Source: Macrostomum lignano (lineage: Eukaryota). From it: a stretch of 64,000 nucleotides of DNA. Below, one piece after another: positions 15,834 to 27,600 of this stretch. Positions within the stretch are counted from its first letter, which is position 1; each line of letters starts with the position of its first letter. The notes beneath the pieces were generated by a model, which saw only the letters and a program-made list of their open reading frames with translations, was not told where the DNA came from and ran no database searches. The stretch is taken from positions 315,309 to 379,308 of the forward strand of contig NIVC01001016.1 in assembly GCA_002269645.1 (NCBI GenBank), given 5' to 3'. The translations under genes were made by a program, and so were the position numbers.

Positions 15834-17492
15834 TGGCTCGTTTTCTTTCTCAATCGGAATTTAGCCAGTGAAGAAATTTCGAGAGCGCGCTGCTTATCTC
15901 GGCGCTGTTATTTAACACAAGGAACCCCTGCCCCTACCTCTAACTCTACTATCTAACTCTGCTTTGTTGGCATGGATACCAATTGCATTTCAAGCAGAGA
16001 CCCCGCGACAACAAAGGCGCTGCGATGCTATGGCCCGTAACTGTCTCTATTGTCAGCAGGTGGTCTCTCGACAGTCTCCAAGTTTGATTGACAAGTTCAC
16101 AACTACAAAAACGTGGGCGTTGTCTAAAACTTTTTTATTTGAGTTTAAAGTCGCTTAATCTTAAGAAGAAAGCTTTTATTTTAAAATTTTCGTCGAGAAA
16201 GTTGAAATCCACGCTTCGCTTGCTGACTAAAAAAGCTTTTCTCGTTCCTGACTGCCATTTGAGAATGATTTTTCTGCCGTCTTGTAGCGATATCCTACTT
16301 ACTAGTAAGTAATAAGTTTAGGAAAAATTCATTATTAAAATTAGTTACCTACAAAATCCTTTTCCAAAAGGCTGTCTTTAACGGTCCACAGGTTAGCTAC
16401 TATCAGCTGTAACATAGCCCATCTAATGAAAATGCAACAAAGCATTCAATATGAAAAAAATGTTGCGATATTCTTCATATGCTACTTACAATGCTGGAAA
16501 AAGGTAACGAGCAGTCTGCTAGATACTATTAGCTACTTTCGGTGTGTACCAGAAAATAGAGAATAGAGACTAGATATAGAAATAGCTACTTTTGATACAT
16601 ATCGGATAATAAATATAGAAATAGCTACTTTCTATACATATCGGATAATAAATATAGAAATAGCTACTTTCGATACATATCAGTAGTAGGAAAGTGGTAC
16701 CCTCCACCGCCATCGCACCGGATTGGCCGGGGCACCCGGCCAATGAGGGGAGAGGGCCCCCAAAAGACGCCCACCCCGACCCCAGACCCACCACCGCCAC
16801 GCACCCACCCCCGACCCCAACGCCGCCACGCACCCACCCCCGACCCCAAACCCACCACCGCCACGCACCCACCCCCGACCCCAAACCCACCACTGCCGCA
16901 CCTATCTCCGACCCCAAACCCACGCACCCACCCCGAGCCCAAACCGGGCCCCCTCCTGTCCTGCACCCCATCCCATATAACACGGTCCTTCTATCCTGCA
17001 CCCCATACTAAGGCCCCTTCCTGTCCTGCACCCCATCCCATACCAAGGCCCCTTCCTGTCCAGCACCCCATCCCATACCGGAGGCAGGAGAAATGGGTCG
17101 GGCAAGCCCAGGAGTGGGGTCGGGCAGGCCGGTCGAGCAGGCCAGATGAGGGGTCGGGCAGCCGAGTGTCTGGTTGAGTGTCCAAGTGTGGGTATCGAGA
17201 TGTGAATGAGTGTCCATTGGCGAGTGTCCTCCTACCGCGTGTGGTGACACGCAACACAGAGTTTCAATGTGATCCGGTAGAGGGTCCGATTGCTTGGAAT
17301 TTCCGAGTAGAGAGGGGAAGGGATTCTATTGGTCGAGAAGGAATTCTATTGGTCGATAGGTCCCTGGCGAACGATTTGGTTTGGACCCTGCGGGAGAAGG
17401 GCCCCAGTACCCTTTATAAACAAAGCACCTGGGACTCAGTAGACCCCATAGATTATTTATTTATTTTAGATTAAATTAAAAATACAACGAAA

Positions 17493-18262
17493 ATGCAAAT
17501 AACTTGCGACTTTTGCGAGTCATCAGTAATCGGGGGCATTGAGGAGCACTATGCGGTATGTCCTGCGATACCAGCACTGTTTGAGTCAGATGACTCCCCA
17601 ATGATTCATTTTCAACTGATTAAGGAGGCGTTTAATGGCAGGTCCCAACTTTACCGGGCCAGTGCATGCGGCGACCCGATGAATGTTTTGGAAAACACTC
17701 GTCAACCTTTCATTGACTTGATCACCCAGCATCAACGTGAGCCAGGAACCGCCATCAAAGTTCAGCTGCGCCTCGGAGTCCTGATGCAGCGCATCATTAA
17801 TGGTAGCTGCGCCGCCGAGAACACCGCCTGGTTTACTGCCAAGGTCCACTCTGTTTTTCGGAGTGAGGAGGAGCAATACTTCTCTGACGATATACAGACT
17901 ATACTCAACCGGATAGAGAAGTACCTACGCAATGGCAGTGGCTGGGTAATCAGGGCCACTCGGTGTGTTGACGTGTCAACCGCAAGTTATTATCTACCGC
18001 ATGGAGCGTCGTGCAAAAGGCCAAGAATGAGTTCAAGAAAGACTGCAACAAGCTGCTAAACAACTCCCTGTAGACCATCGAGTATGTTCGCAAGCAAGTG
18101 GACTACGTGCTGGTTTATTCAGCAGGGAAGCCTGTGGCCAAGCCGACGTTCCGCGATCAGATGATTTTCAACGGGGATTTAGCTCTAGTGCACATTCTCA
18201 AGACGAATGTTGTGCTCGACAGGCTAGTGTATATCGGCCAGTGCGATCTGTCTGGACACTAG
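17493..18262 (+). pseudogene. Internally deleted protein-primed DNA polymerase B (Polinton type), left arm
   Basis: N-terminal IEKYLRNGSGWV motif. After a frameshift near 18020 a second frame reads AKNEFKKDCNKLLNNSL*TIEYVRKQVD..KPTFRDQMIFNGDLALVHILKTNVVLDRLVYIG, resembling the KLMNNSxFGKTMENVRK..KPIYVG region of Polinton pPolB. Confidence 0.8.
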
Positions 18263-19224
18263 CAAGCTCTTTTTCTCACATTTTTTTTCTTTGTAAATAT
18301 CTGATTTAAAACAACTATATGCATGTAAATTTAATACGAACATACTATATTTTGAATAATAATAAATACAAGCTTTACTCTATGATATTAAAAAAAAACT
18401 GGAAATTGTTAGCTAGTGGATAAAACTAAAAGCCTAAGCTGGAATTTTCTAGAAAATCATTGGTTCAGGAGTATATCGTATATACATACCTGCCCTACAC
18501 TAAACTTGGGTCCGAGCTGTTTGTGCAACTCTCGTTTTAATGCCTGATAGCCGCCATAGCTGCCCGGTCTACTGCAGTCAAAATAAACACCTGGCAGAAT
18601 TTTTGAAATTGCCTTTTTCTTTTTCATTTTACGAAATTTTTAGTACCTATCATTTTCTTATGCCAAACACCTGGCTTGAAAAAAAAACTGCCCACCCCCA
18701 CCAGTTTCTGCGGATTTAGCGTTTCTAGCCTCTGTTGTGCACGAAAAATCATGGATTTCAATGGGAATTTTTACCCGAATGTGTGCACGAAAAACCTCGA
18801 CACTTTGCATACTTTTTAACACTGTGCACGAAAACTTGCATACTTGTGCACAAAATACATGCATTTCAATAGGGATTTTTACTCGAACCTGTGCATGAAA
18901 ATTGACGCATGTTATCAAAAAAGTCACGTCATAATGCGTATTTTTATCACTGTGCACGAAAACATACATACTCGTGTACAAAATACATACATTTTAATGA
19001 GAATTTTAACCCAAAGATGTGCACAAAAAATAACCCATTATGGTAAAAATATTAATGTGAAAGAACATTTTTCTCTCCTGCAGTGTACCAAATATTGAAT
19101 ATGGCAAAGCATGTATTTATTATTATTCAGAATATATTACGTTCGTATTAAATTCACATGCATATAGTTAAAAATTAAAGATATGTGAAAAGAAAAAAAA
19201 ATGTGAGAAAAAGAGCTTGCTAGT

Positions 19225-19959
19225 GTCCAGATCGCACTGGCCGACACTGGCTTGTCATCTTGAGAATGTGCACTAGAGCTAAATCCCCGTTGAAAATCTT
19301 CTGGTCGCGGAATGCTGACTTGGCCACAGGCTTTGAATTGACTAGTCGGTAGTCCACTTGCTTGCGAACATTTTCGATGGTCTACAGGGAGTTGTTTAGC
19401 GGCCCGTTGTCTTTCTTGAACTCATTCTTGGCCTTTTGCACGACGCTCCATGCGGTAGATAATAACTTGCGGTTGACACGTCAACACACCGAGTGGCCCT
19501 GATTACCCAGCCACTGCCATTGCGTAGGTACTTCTCTATCCGGTTGAGTATAGTCTGTATATCGTCAGAGAAGTATTGCTCCTCCTCACTCCGAAAAACA
19601 GAGTGGACCTTGGCAGCAAACCAGGCGGTGTTCTCGGCGGCGCAGCTACCATTAATGATGCGCTGCATCAGGACTCCGAGGCGCAGCTGAACTTTGATGG
19701 CGGTTCCTGGCTCACGTTGATGCTGGGTGATCAAGTCAATGAAAGGTTGACGAGTGTTTTCCAAAACATTCATCGGGTCGCCGCATGCACTGGCCCGGTA
19801 AAGTTGGGACCTGCCATTAAACGCCTCCTTAATCAGTTGAAAATGAATCATTGGGGAGTCATCTGACTCAAACAGTGCTGGTATCGCAGGACATACCGCA
19901 TAGTGCTCCTCAATGCCCCCGATTACTGATGACTCGCAGAAGTCACAAGTTATTTGCAT
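19225..19959 (-). pseudogene. Internally deleted protein-primed DNA polymerase B, right arm
   Basis: Near-identical inverted copy of 17493-18059, followed by NNSL*TIENVRKQVD..FRDQKIFNGDLALVHILK. Confidence 0.8.
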
Positions 19960-22900
19960 TTTTGTTGTAAGTTATTTTATTTATTGTAACTTTATTAACG
20001 TAATTTTATATAAAATAAAAAATCTAAGGGCCGAGGTGCTTTATTTATAAAGGGTACTGGAGCCCTTCTCTCGCAGGGTCCAAACCAAATCGTTCGCCAG
20101 GGACCTATCGACCAATAGAATTCTTTCCCCACATTATACTCGGAAATCACTTCAAATGCTTGCTCGACCAATAGAATCCCTTCCCCTCTCTACTCGGAAA
20201 TTCCAAGCAATCGGACCCTCTACCCGTTAAGATCACATTGAAACTCTGTCTTGCGTGTCACCACACGCGATAGAGGACACTCACCAATGGACACTCATTC
20301 ACAACTCGATACCCACCCTTGGACACTCAACCAGACACTCAGCTGCCCAACCCCTCATCTGGCCTGCTCGACCGGCCTGCCCGACCCCCACCCTTGGCCT
20401 GCTTGACCCCCCTCATCCAGCCTGCCCGACCCCACTCTTGGGCTTGCCCGACCCCAACCTAGGCTTGCCCGACATTTCTCCGGCCTCCGGTATGGGATGG
20501 GGTGCAGGACAGGACGGGGGCCGGTTTGAGGTCGGGGTGGGCGACTTTGAGGGGCCCGGTTTGGGGTCGGAGGTAGGTGCGGCGGTGGTGGGTTTGGAGT
20601 CGGGGTGGGCGTCTTTGGCGGGCCCGGTTTGGGGTCGGAGGTAGGTGCGGCGGTGGTGGGTTTGGAGTCGGGGTGGGCGTCTTTGGCGGGCCCGGTTTGG
20701 GGTCGGAGGTAGGTGCGGCGGTGGTGGGTCTGGGGTCGGGGGTGGGTGCGTGGCGGTGTTGGGTTTGGGGTCGGGGTGGGCATCTTTGGGGGCCCGGTTT
20801 GGGGTCGGGGTGGGCATCTTTGGGGGGCCCGGTTTGGTCGGGGGTGGTGCTGGGCGGTGTTGGGTCTGGGGTCGGGGGTGGGTGCGTGGCGGTGGTGGGT
20901 CTGGGGTCGGGGTAGGCGTCTTTGGGGGCCCTCTCCCCTCATTGGCCGGGTGCCCCGGCCAATCCGGTGCGATGGCGGTGGAGGGTACCACTTTCCTACT
21001 ACTCATATCGGATAATATATATAGAAATAGCTACTCTGGATACATATCCGATAATAGATATAGAAATAGCTACTTTCGATACATATCGGATAATAAATAT
21101 AGAAATAGCTACTTTCAATACATATCGGATAATAAATATAGAAATAGCTACTTTCGATACATATCGGATAATATATATAGAAATAGCTACTTTCGATACA
21201 TATCGGATAATAAATATAGAAATAGCTACTTTCGATACATATCGGATAATATATATAGAAATAGCTACTCTGGATACATATCCGATAATAGATATAGAAA
21301 TAGCAACTTTCGATACATATCGGATAATAGATAGAGAAATAGCAACTTTCGATACATATCGGATAATAAATATAGAAATAGCTACTTTCGATACATATCG
21401 GATAATAGATAGAGAAATAACTACTTTCGATACATATCGGATAATTGCACACCCTGTGTGAGCGTGTGTGTGAGTGCGTGCCTGAGTACAGTACTGCCGC
21501 GCTTGCATGTGCTCAAGTTTGAAGAAGTTCAACGTCTATCCAATCCAGACCCGATTGATTCTAAATGAGTTTTGCTGGTCAAAATGAATAAACAAAAATG
21601 GAATTAGAAACGCATTTTTGGTAGAGATTTTTTTAATTCCAGAAAAACGAAAAAACGGCAATATGTAGCAACCGTGTCTGTAGGTGTTTATTAATATTAT
21701 TATTATTAAAATTATTTTGTATAAAAATAATGTTCGTGACGTTAAAGTGAACAGCCTGCTCTATAAATGAGTTCTATATTTAATCTACGCTAAAATTCTA
21801 CCCTGACAAAATAGTTGAACAACCAACCAGCACATTTTGGGCTATTTAAAGCTGTCTAATATCTTTCGCTATAAAATTACAGAATACGGGGACCCGGGAG
21901 GGCAGAAAACTATCATTACCGCAAAAAGCACGCAAATACAATACATGAATAGTTAAACCTTTTTATCAGATGGCAAGCAATTTGAAATTTGCAGCGAATT
22001 ATAACAAAATAACTTCAATTTAGGGGGGGGGGGCGGCAGAAGACAGTTGAGACTTTGATTGATCAAACTTCAAAATGATTAAAAATGTAAACTGTCGGTA
22101 CAGAATAGTGTGGCAAATAATAAATAAATAATAACTGCTTGGAGACTTGCTAATATTAATTAATTTAAACTCAATGTTTTTTTGGCGGTAAAAAGTATTA
22201 AAATTGTATTGAAACAGAGAGAAAAAAGGTTTTTAAAAAATTTAAGGAAAAAACTGTTGCTTATAACGAAGAAATAGACCGGACAACAGCAGCCCCTGCT
22301 CACGCTGTGTAGAACTAATTACCTAGGTAAGATAAATTGCATAACGAAAAAACACCAACACAAATGGTTCCTATTAATACACAAATAATAGATATAAAAC
22401 TAAAGCTATTCGGTTGTTTGTCCTTTGCTTAATAATAATCTCAAAAACTTAATAATAATAATAATAGACCAAAAAGTTGTTTTGCTTTTCTTAATTAAGA
22501 AAAAAATGGAACAAAAAAGTGCGGCCGCTGATTGCAAATGATAAATAATTGACAAAGTTCAGCAAGTATAATAGTTTTAAAAGCTTGGTGTAAGTAAATC
22601 ATCACAGCAAAGTGTCAATCAACTTTACTAATTATATAAACTGCACTTGCGAACCCGGGGTTACTGCTGAGTCTAAGAGCTGATCAACTTTGAGCAACGG
22701 GAGAACCAGGCTGATAAACAAAAATAGGCTGGGATAAAAACAGAACACTTTTCAAAAATAAACCGAGTGAAAAAAATGAAAAAAAGAAAAAAAATACACG
22801 ATGTTCGTCTATTTAGGAAGTAGCATACATAGTATAGTAGAATAATGTTTTAATTTCGAAATAAATAATAAACGCAGACTTAAAAAAATTTAATTACACA

Positions 22901-24627
22901 AGTAATTTCCAAATTGTGACTTGACTTTTGAGTGGAATTAATGGAATATTAAAACAGACACAATGTCATTCTTTAGCCCTGGAAGCCAGTTCAAATCTTC
23001 TTATCCAACAGTCGCCCAGAAACTTTTGCGAGACCCCAAGTTTCATTTTGAATTAGAGGATTCATCCAGCACTACTTATCCAACCCCAGAATGTAAGTAG
23101 CAAAAAAGCATGTATCAAAGATTAAAAAATAATTATTAAAAAAGCGTATATAGGTATTAATATCACTCCGATGAGATGGGATGGCTCAGGCAAGACATCT
23201 GCATTGCAGACACTAAACAGCATAAATATGAATTATTAATAGGAGTAATAATTGAATAATGAGGGCATTAGTTACTTGCTATTGCACCAGCCAGTATATT
23301 TAAATCTGGATAAAGTTGAAATAAAATATTACTTAATAAAAAATAGTCCATTGTGTTCAGATTAAGGTAACGGGGGGTGGGGTACATTAAAAATTTGAAA
23401 ATACAATTATCGAATAAAGGAGATTACAGGATGTCAGTCACTACAGAGCAACAACCTAATGCTGGTGTAAAACGGTTACCAAAAGGTGGCGAGGTTGAAA
23501 GATTATTACAAAAAAAGATTTACTCTCTTATAAATAATAGTAGTAGTAGCGATATTGGTAAATGAAAAACAGACTATAAGAAAGGTAAACAGGTGCTTAA
23601 AAAATGTAGGGCACTGGGATTAGCTAATTAAAACACAATAATAGTAGTAATAGTAGTATTATTATTCATAAATTTATTAATAATTCGATTGCACAAGGTT
23701 GGCTAAACTGTTATTTATTTTTAAAAAATAAGCTTTTTACCTACTATGCTGAGAGAAAAAGGTGAACAAAGTCAAGGCCAAGATGTTAGTATACTGTATG
23801 AAATAACAATAATAATAATATTACTAATCATAATTAACTTACTCATAAGAGTTGTTATCTAATGTAGGTAGGATGATGTCATTTTGTAATATTTTTCTCT
23901 AATAAAATAATAATTAGATAGCAAGCAAAGGAGTCAAACAGGAAGATATAGCCTAAAACAATAAATAAAAATAGCCATATAATATATTATGATTAAAATA
24001 AAACCAACTGGGTATAATACACAGTTTCTAAAATAACTAGATGGGCCACTCAGGCATAATATACTTAGTAAAATTCCTTTCTACTTTCAGTTCAGTAGCA
24101 AAGAAGAATACATAAGCTATTTTATAAAATAAAGGCAGCTGAAATGACTTTGATAAGTTTAAAAGCCAAGCTTTCAGGCGTAAACAGCTTGCTTGCTAAT
24201 TGGTTCAGCAATAATGTACATTGGCCAGTCCACTGAAATGCACATATATAACAGCTTTTATTGGGCTGGGATTCCGAGAAAGGCAATAAAAATTGGGGCG
24301 GGGCGGGAGGTGGTTTTAGGTTCGGGGGGGGGGAAGAGCCAATAAAGGAGGATTGGCTTGAAAAATACATTAAAATGCTTCTGTTTAGCTTACTACTGAA
24401 CTGAAAGTAGTTTACACGCAAATTTGCTGAGTGGCTCATTTAGTTATTCTAGCATCTGTGATATAATATATAGAAACAAAAAAGCGACCGATTGTGTTGC
24501 CAAACTGGGAAGAGATACGAGCGAGAATGAGACGGGAGAACTACAAAAAAACAAGCGCACACACACAGGGAATGAACAGTCTGTTGTTGTTGCTAAACAA
24601 GCCAAACTAAACTAAATGACCAACAGT

Positions 24628-27600
24628 CTAATTAATGTAGAGCGTATCCAGCACCAGCACGTGATGATTGTTCTTAGCTAGGGTGACAACGTAGCCTTCG
24701 CTAGTGATTTTCAGTCCGCAGCATCGGGACACTTTCACGGCCGGACACTCGAACTCGGAAGTCAGCTGGCCGAGCCGATTAAACACGGCCACGTGGAACT
24801 TGTTACCATGCGAGTCGCCAACTAAAACATCGCCATGGTCGCTAATGTCGATGCCGTTAGGAAAATTAGTGACAGATTCGGAGCCGATGCGGCGAAGGAA
24901 CACGCCGTCTTCCTGTGGATTGGGAGGGGGGCGGCGGCTAGTCTCACTATACTAAATCTCAGATATTGTGCTATTGTCATAAAATCTAGAAGTTAAGCAA
25001 ATTTGGTCGCGGTTAGGTACGTAGATGAACACACTGTTTGAGATAAGCTAAGTGCACTACAGGTAACGGTAATACCACGTTGAAAACACCGGTTCTCGTC
25101 TGATCACCGAAGTTAAGCAATGATGGGTTTGGTTAGTTCTTGGATGGGTGACCGCCTGTGAGTACCAATCGTTTGTTGTCTGTTTTTGTAAAAAGGGCCT
25201 TGAAAAAATCTAGAAACTGTAAAATGAGTAAATTGAGTGTGTGGCGACCCCCCCCCCCTAGTCCACATCTGTCAACTGTGACAATGACTTTATTAAAGTG
25301 CATAGAAGTCCTACCTGAAACACTGACACGCAGTGGCCCTTGAAATCGCAGATGAAATACTCCCGACCCTGGATAGCGATGTCAGACGGCTCGCGCATAT
25401 AGCTAGAGCAGTCGAACCACTTCACTAGATCGCCATTCTCGGCGATGGCGAATACGGTTGGAGACACGGAGTCCACGGCCACAATATGATTCTGGCTATT
25501 GATGGCCAGCCCGGCAACTATGTCTATGTAGCGCACGGTGATTTTGCGCAGGAAGTGGCCCGATTTAGTGAAGATTTGCATGCGACTGCGTTCGCTGCCT
25601 CGGTCGCAGATTATGTACTTGCCGGTTTGGCGCATGACAACTACCTGGCAACGGGAGCGAGTGTACAGTCGAATGGATGTATTTATTCAGATTTTTGGGT
25701 TCTTTATGCGAATTTCTGTAACTGTAACTCTCACATTCTTAGAAAACTACCGGCATCCCAGGTCCCAAATTAAAGCTACCAGCCTCCCAGGTCCCCAAAT
25801 TAAAGCTACCGGCCTCCCAGGTCCCCAAATTAAAGCTACCGGCCTCCCAGGTCTCCAAATTAAAGCTACCAGCCTCCCAGATCCCTAAATTAAAGCTACC
25901 GGCCTCCCAGATCCTCAGATTAAGCTACCAGCCTCCCAGATCCTCAGATTAAGCTAGCAGCCTTCCAGATCCTCAGATTAAGCTACCAGCCTCCCAGATC
26001 CTCAGATTAAGCTACCTGCCTCCCAGATCCCTAAATTAAAGCTACCAGCCTCCCAGATCCCCAGATTAAGCTGCCAGCCTCCCAGATTAAGCTACCAGCC
26101 TCCCAGATTAAGCTACCAGCCTCCCAGATTAAGCTACCAGCCTCCCAGATTAAGCTGCCAGCCTCCCAGATTAAGCTACCAGCCTCCCAGATTAAGCTAC
26201 CAGCCTCCCAGATTAAGCTACCAGCCTCCCAGATTAAGCTACCAGCCTCCCAGATTAAGCTGCCAGCCTCCCAGATTAAGCTGCCAGCCTCCCAGATTAA
26301 GCTACCAGCCTCCCAGATTAAGCTACCAGCCTCCCAGATTAAGCTACCAGCCTCCCAGATTAAGCTACCAGCCTCCCAGATTAAGCTACCAGCCTCCCAG
26401 ATTAAGCTACCAGCCTCCCAGATTAAGCTACCAGCCTCCCAGATTAAGCTACCAGCCTCCCAGATTAAGCTACCAGCCTCCCATATCCTCAGATTAAGCT
26501 ACCAGCCTCCCAGATTAAGCTACCAGCCTCCCAGATTAAGCTACCAGCCTCCTAGATCCCTAAAAATAAAGCTACCAGCCTCCCAGATCAAATCCCTCAC
26601 CTTTCTCGGATACCACAGCTGCCCCTCGTCGCGGCCGGCCACGCCGAACTGGAACTTGTGCTCGCCGGTCTTGTCGAACACCTGAATCCGGTGGTTCTGA
26701 GTGTCAGCCACAACAATATCCTCGTCAGAGCCGAGGCAGAAACCATGCGGCGAATTAAACTGACCGCGCGACGAGCCTAGCGAGCCCCAGCGAAACCGGA
26801 CAGTCATGTTCCCGCAGCGGCCGTTCCGATTCGGGAATGGCATTCCACCGCCGCCACCTCCGCCGCCGCCACTGCCGCCGCTGCCAATGGATCGGCCGCC
26901 GCCACCGCCGCCGCCCATGAAGTCCATGGAGTTCGGCGTCATCGCTCTGGGCGTTGTACCGATTATTGGCGACACGGGACCGACAGCGCCGCCACCGCCA
27001 CCTCCGACACCGCTTCCGACGCCGACACCGCCGACATCCAGACTGAGTTTAGCGGCCAGCATGCTGCTGATCAGACTGTTGGCACCGCCGACTCCATCGA
27101 CAACGCCGGCAATTGACGAAGCTACCGAGGCCGATGAAACAACCGCCGCGGTGGTATCGGCAGCGGCGACAGCTGCAGCCGCCGATTGCGGCAATCCGTA
27201 GAGCACCTGCGGCGGTACAACCGTAGCCGGTGCGTTGCTAGCCAGCATGTGAGGCTTCATCAGTTCGGCGTTCTGATGCTGAGCGTGATGCTGCAGCATC
27301 AGTTGAGGATCGAACTGATCCACAGAGCCGGCTGCGGCGGCGGAACCGAGCGAACCAGATTCCGAACTGTTGCCGAATGTGCCGAAATTGGCTTCGAGCA
27401 GGGCTCGAACCCGGGGATGATTAGCCTGAAACGGGATGCTAGTGAGCAGGCCGGTGTCCCAGTGATTCCTAGTCAGGGTGGCCATCCAGTCCACTAGGAG
27501 TTTCCTAGCGTAGGCCAGGGTGCCGGCACCGGCGCGCTCGCGGTATTGGCGGACGAATTGCTCGGCTTCGGACATTTGGTCCACCCCGCGGCTGGTGGCT

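Larger units (their letters stand above)
16682..21003. mobile_element. Non-autonomous Polinton/Maverick-derived fold-back element, 4322 bp
   Basis: Ends AGTAGTAGGAAAGTGGTACCCT / AGGGTACCACTTTCCTACTACT; 6-bp duplication CATATC (16676-16681 and 21004-21009); inverted arms about 16682-18377 and 19105-21003; pPolB relics in both arms. Confidence 0.88.
16567..21445. repeat. 39-bp minisatellite (TAGAAATAGCTACTTTCGATACATATCGGATAATAAATA) split by an insertion
   Basis: About 3 units at 16567-16681 and about 11-12 units at 21004-21445; repeat register continues across the insertion. Confidence 0.92.

Noticed and set aside
16722-16744. Adenovirus-like NFI origin site (TTGGC..GCCAA)
   Set aside because: The spacing is 11 nt rather than the 5 nt of the NFI consensus; kept only as a hairpin.
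16570-17257. Pro/Gly-rich ORFs in the element arms (also 20255-21532)
   Set aside because: Products of GC-rich subterminal repeats and the 39-bp satellite, open in several frames on both strands.
21550-24627. Brat autoregulation through UGUU motifs in its long AT-rich 3' region
   Set aside because: The motifs are frequent but expected at this AT content; the UTR end is unknown and enrichment cannot be computed here.
26806-27497. Plus-strand ORFs overlapping the large brat exon
   Set aside because: Antisense shadows of GC-rich coding sequence (also 24704-24955, 25486-25773, 33302-34096).
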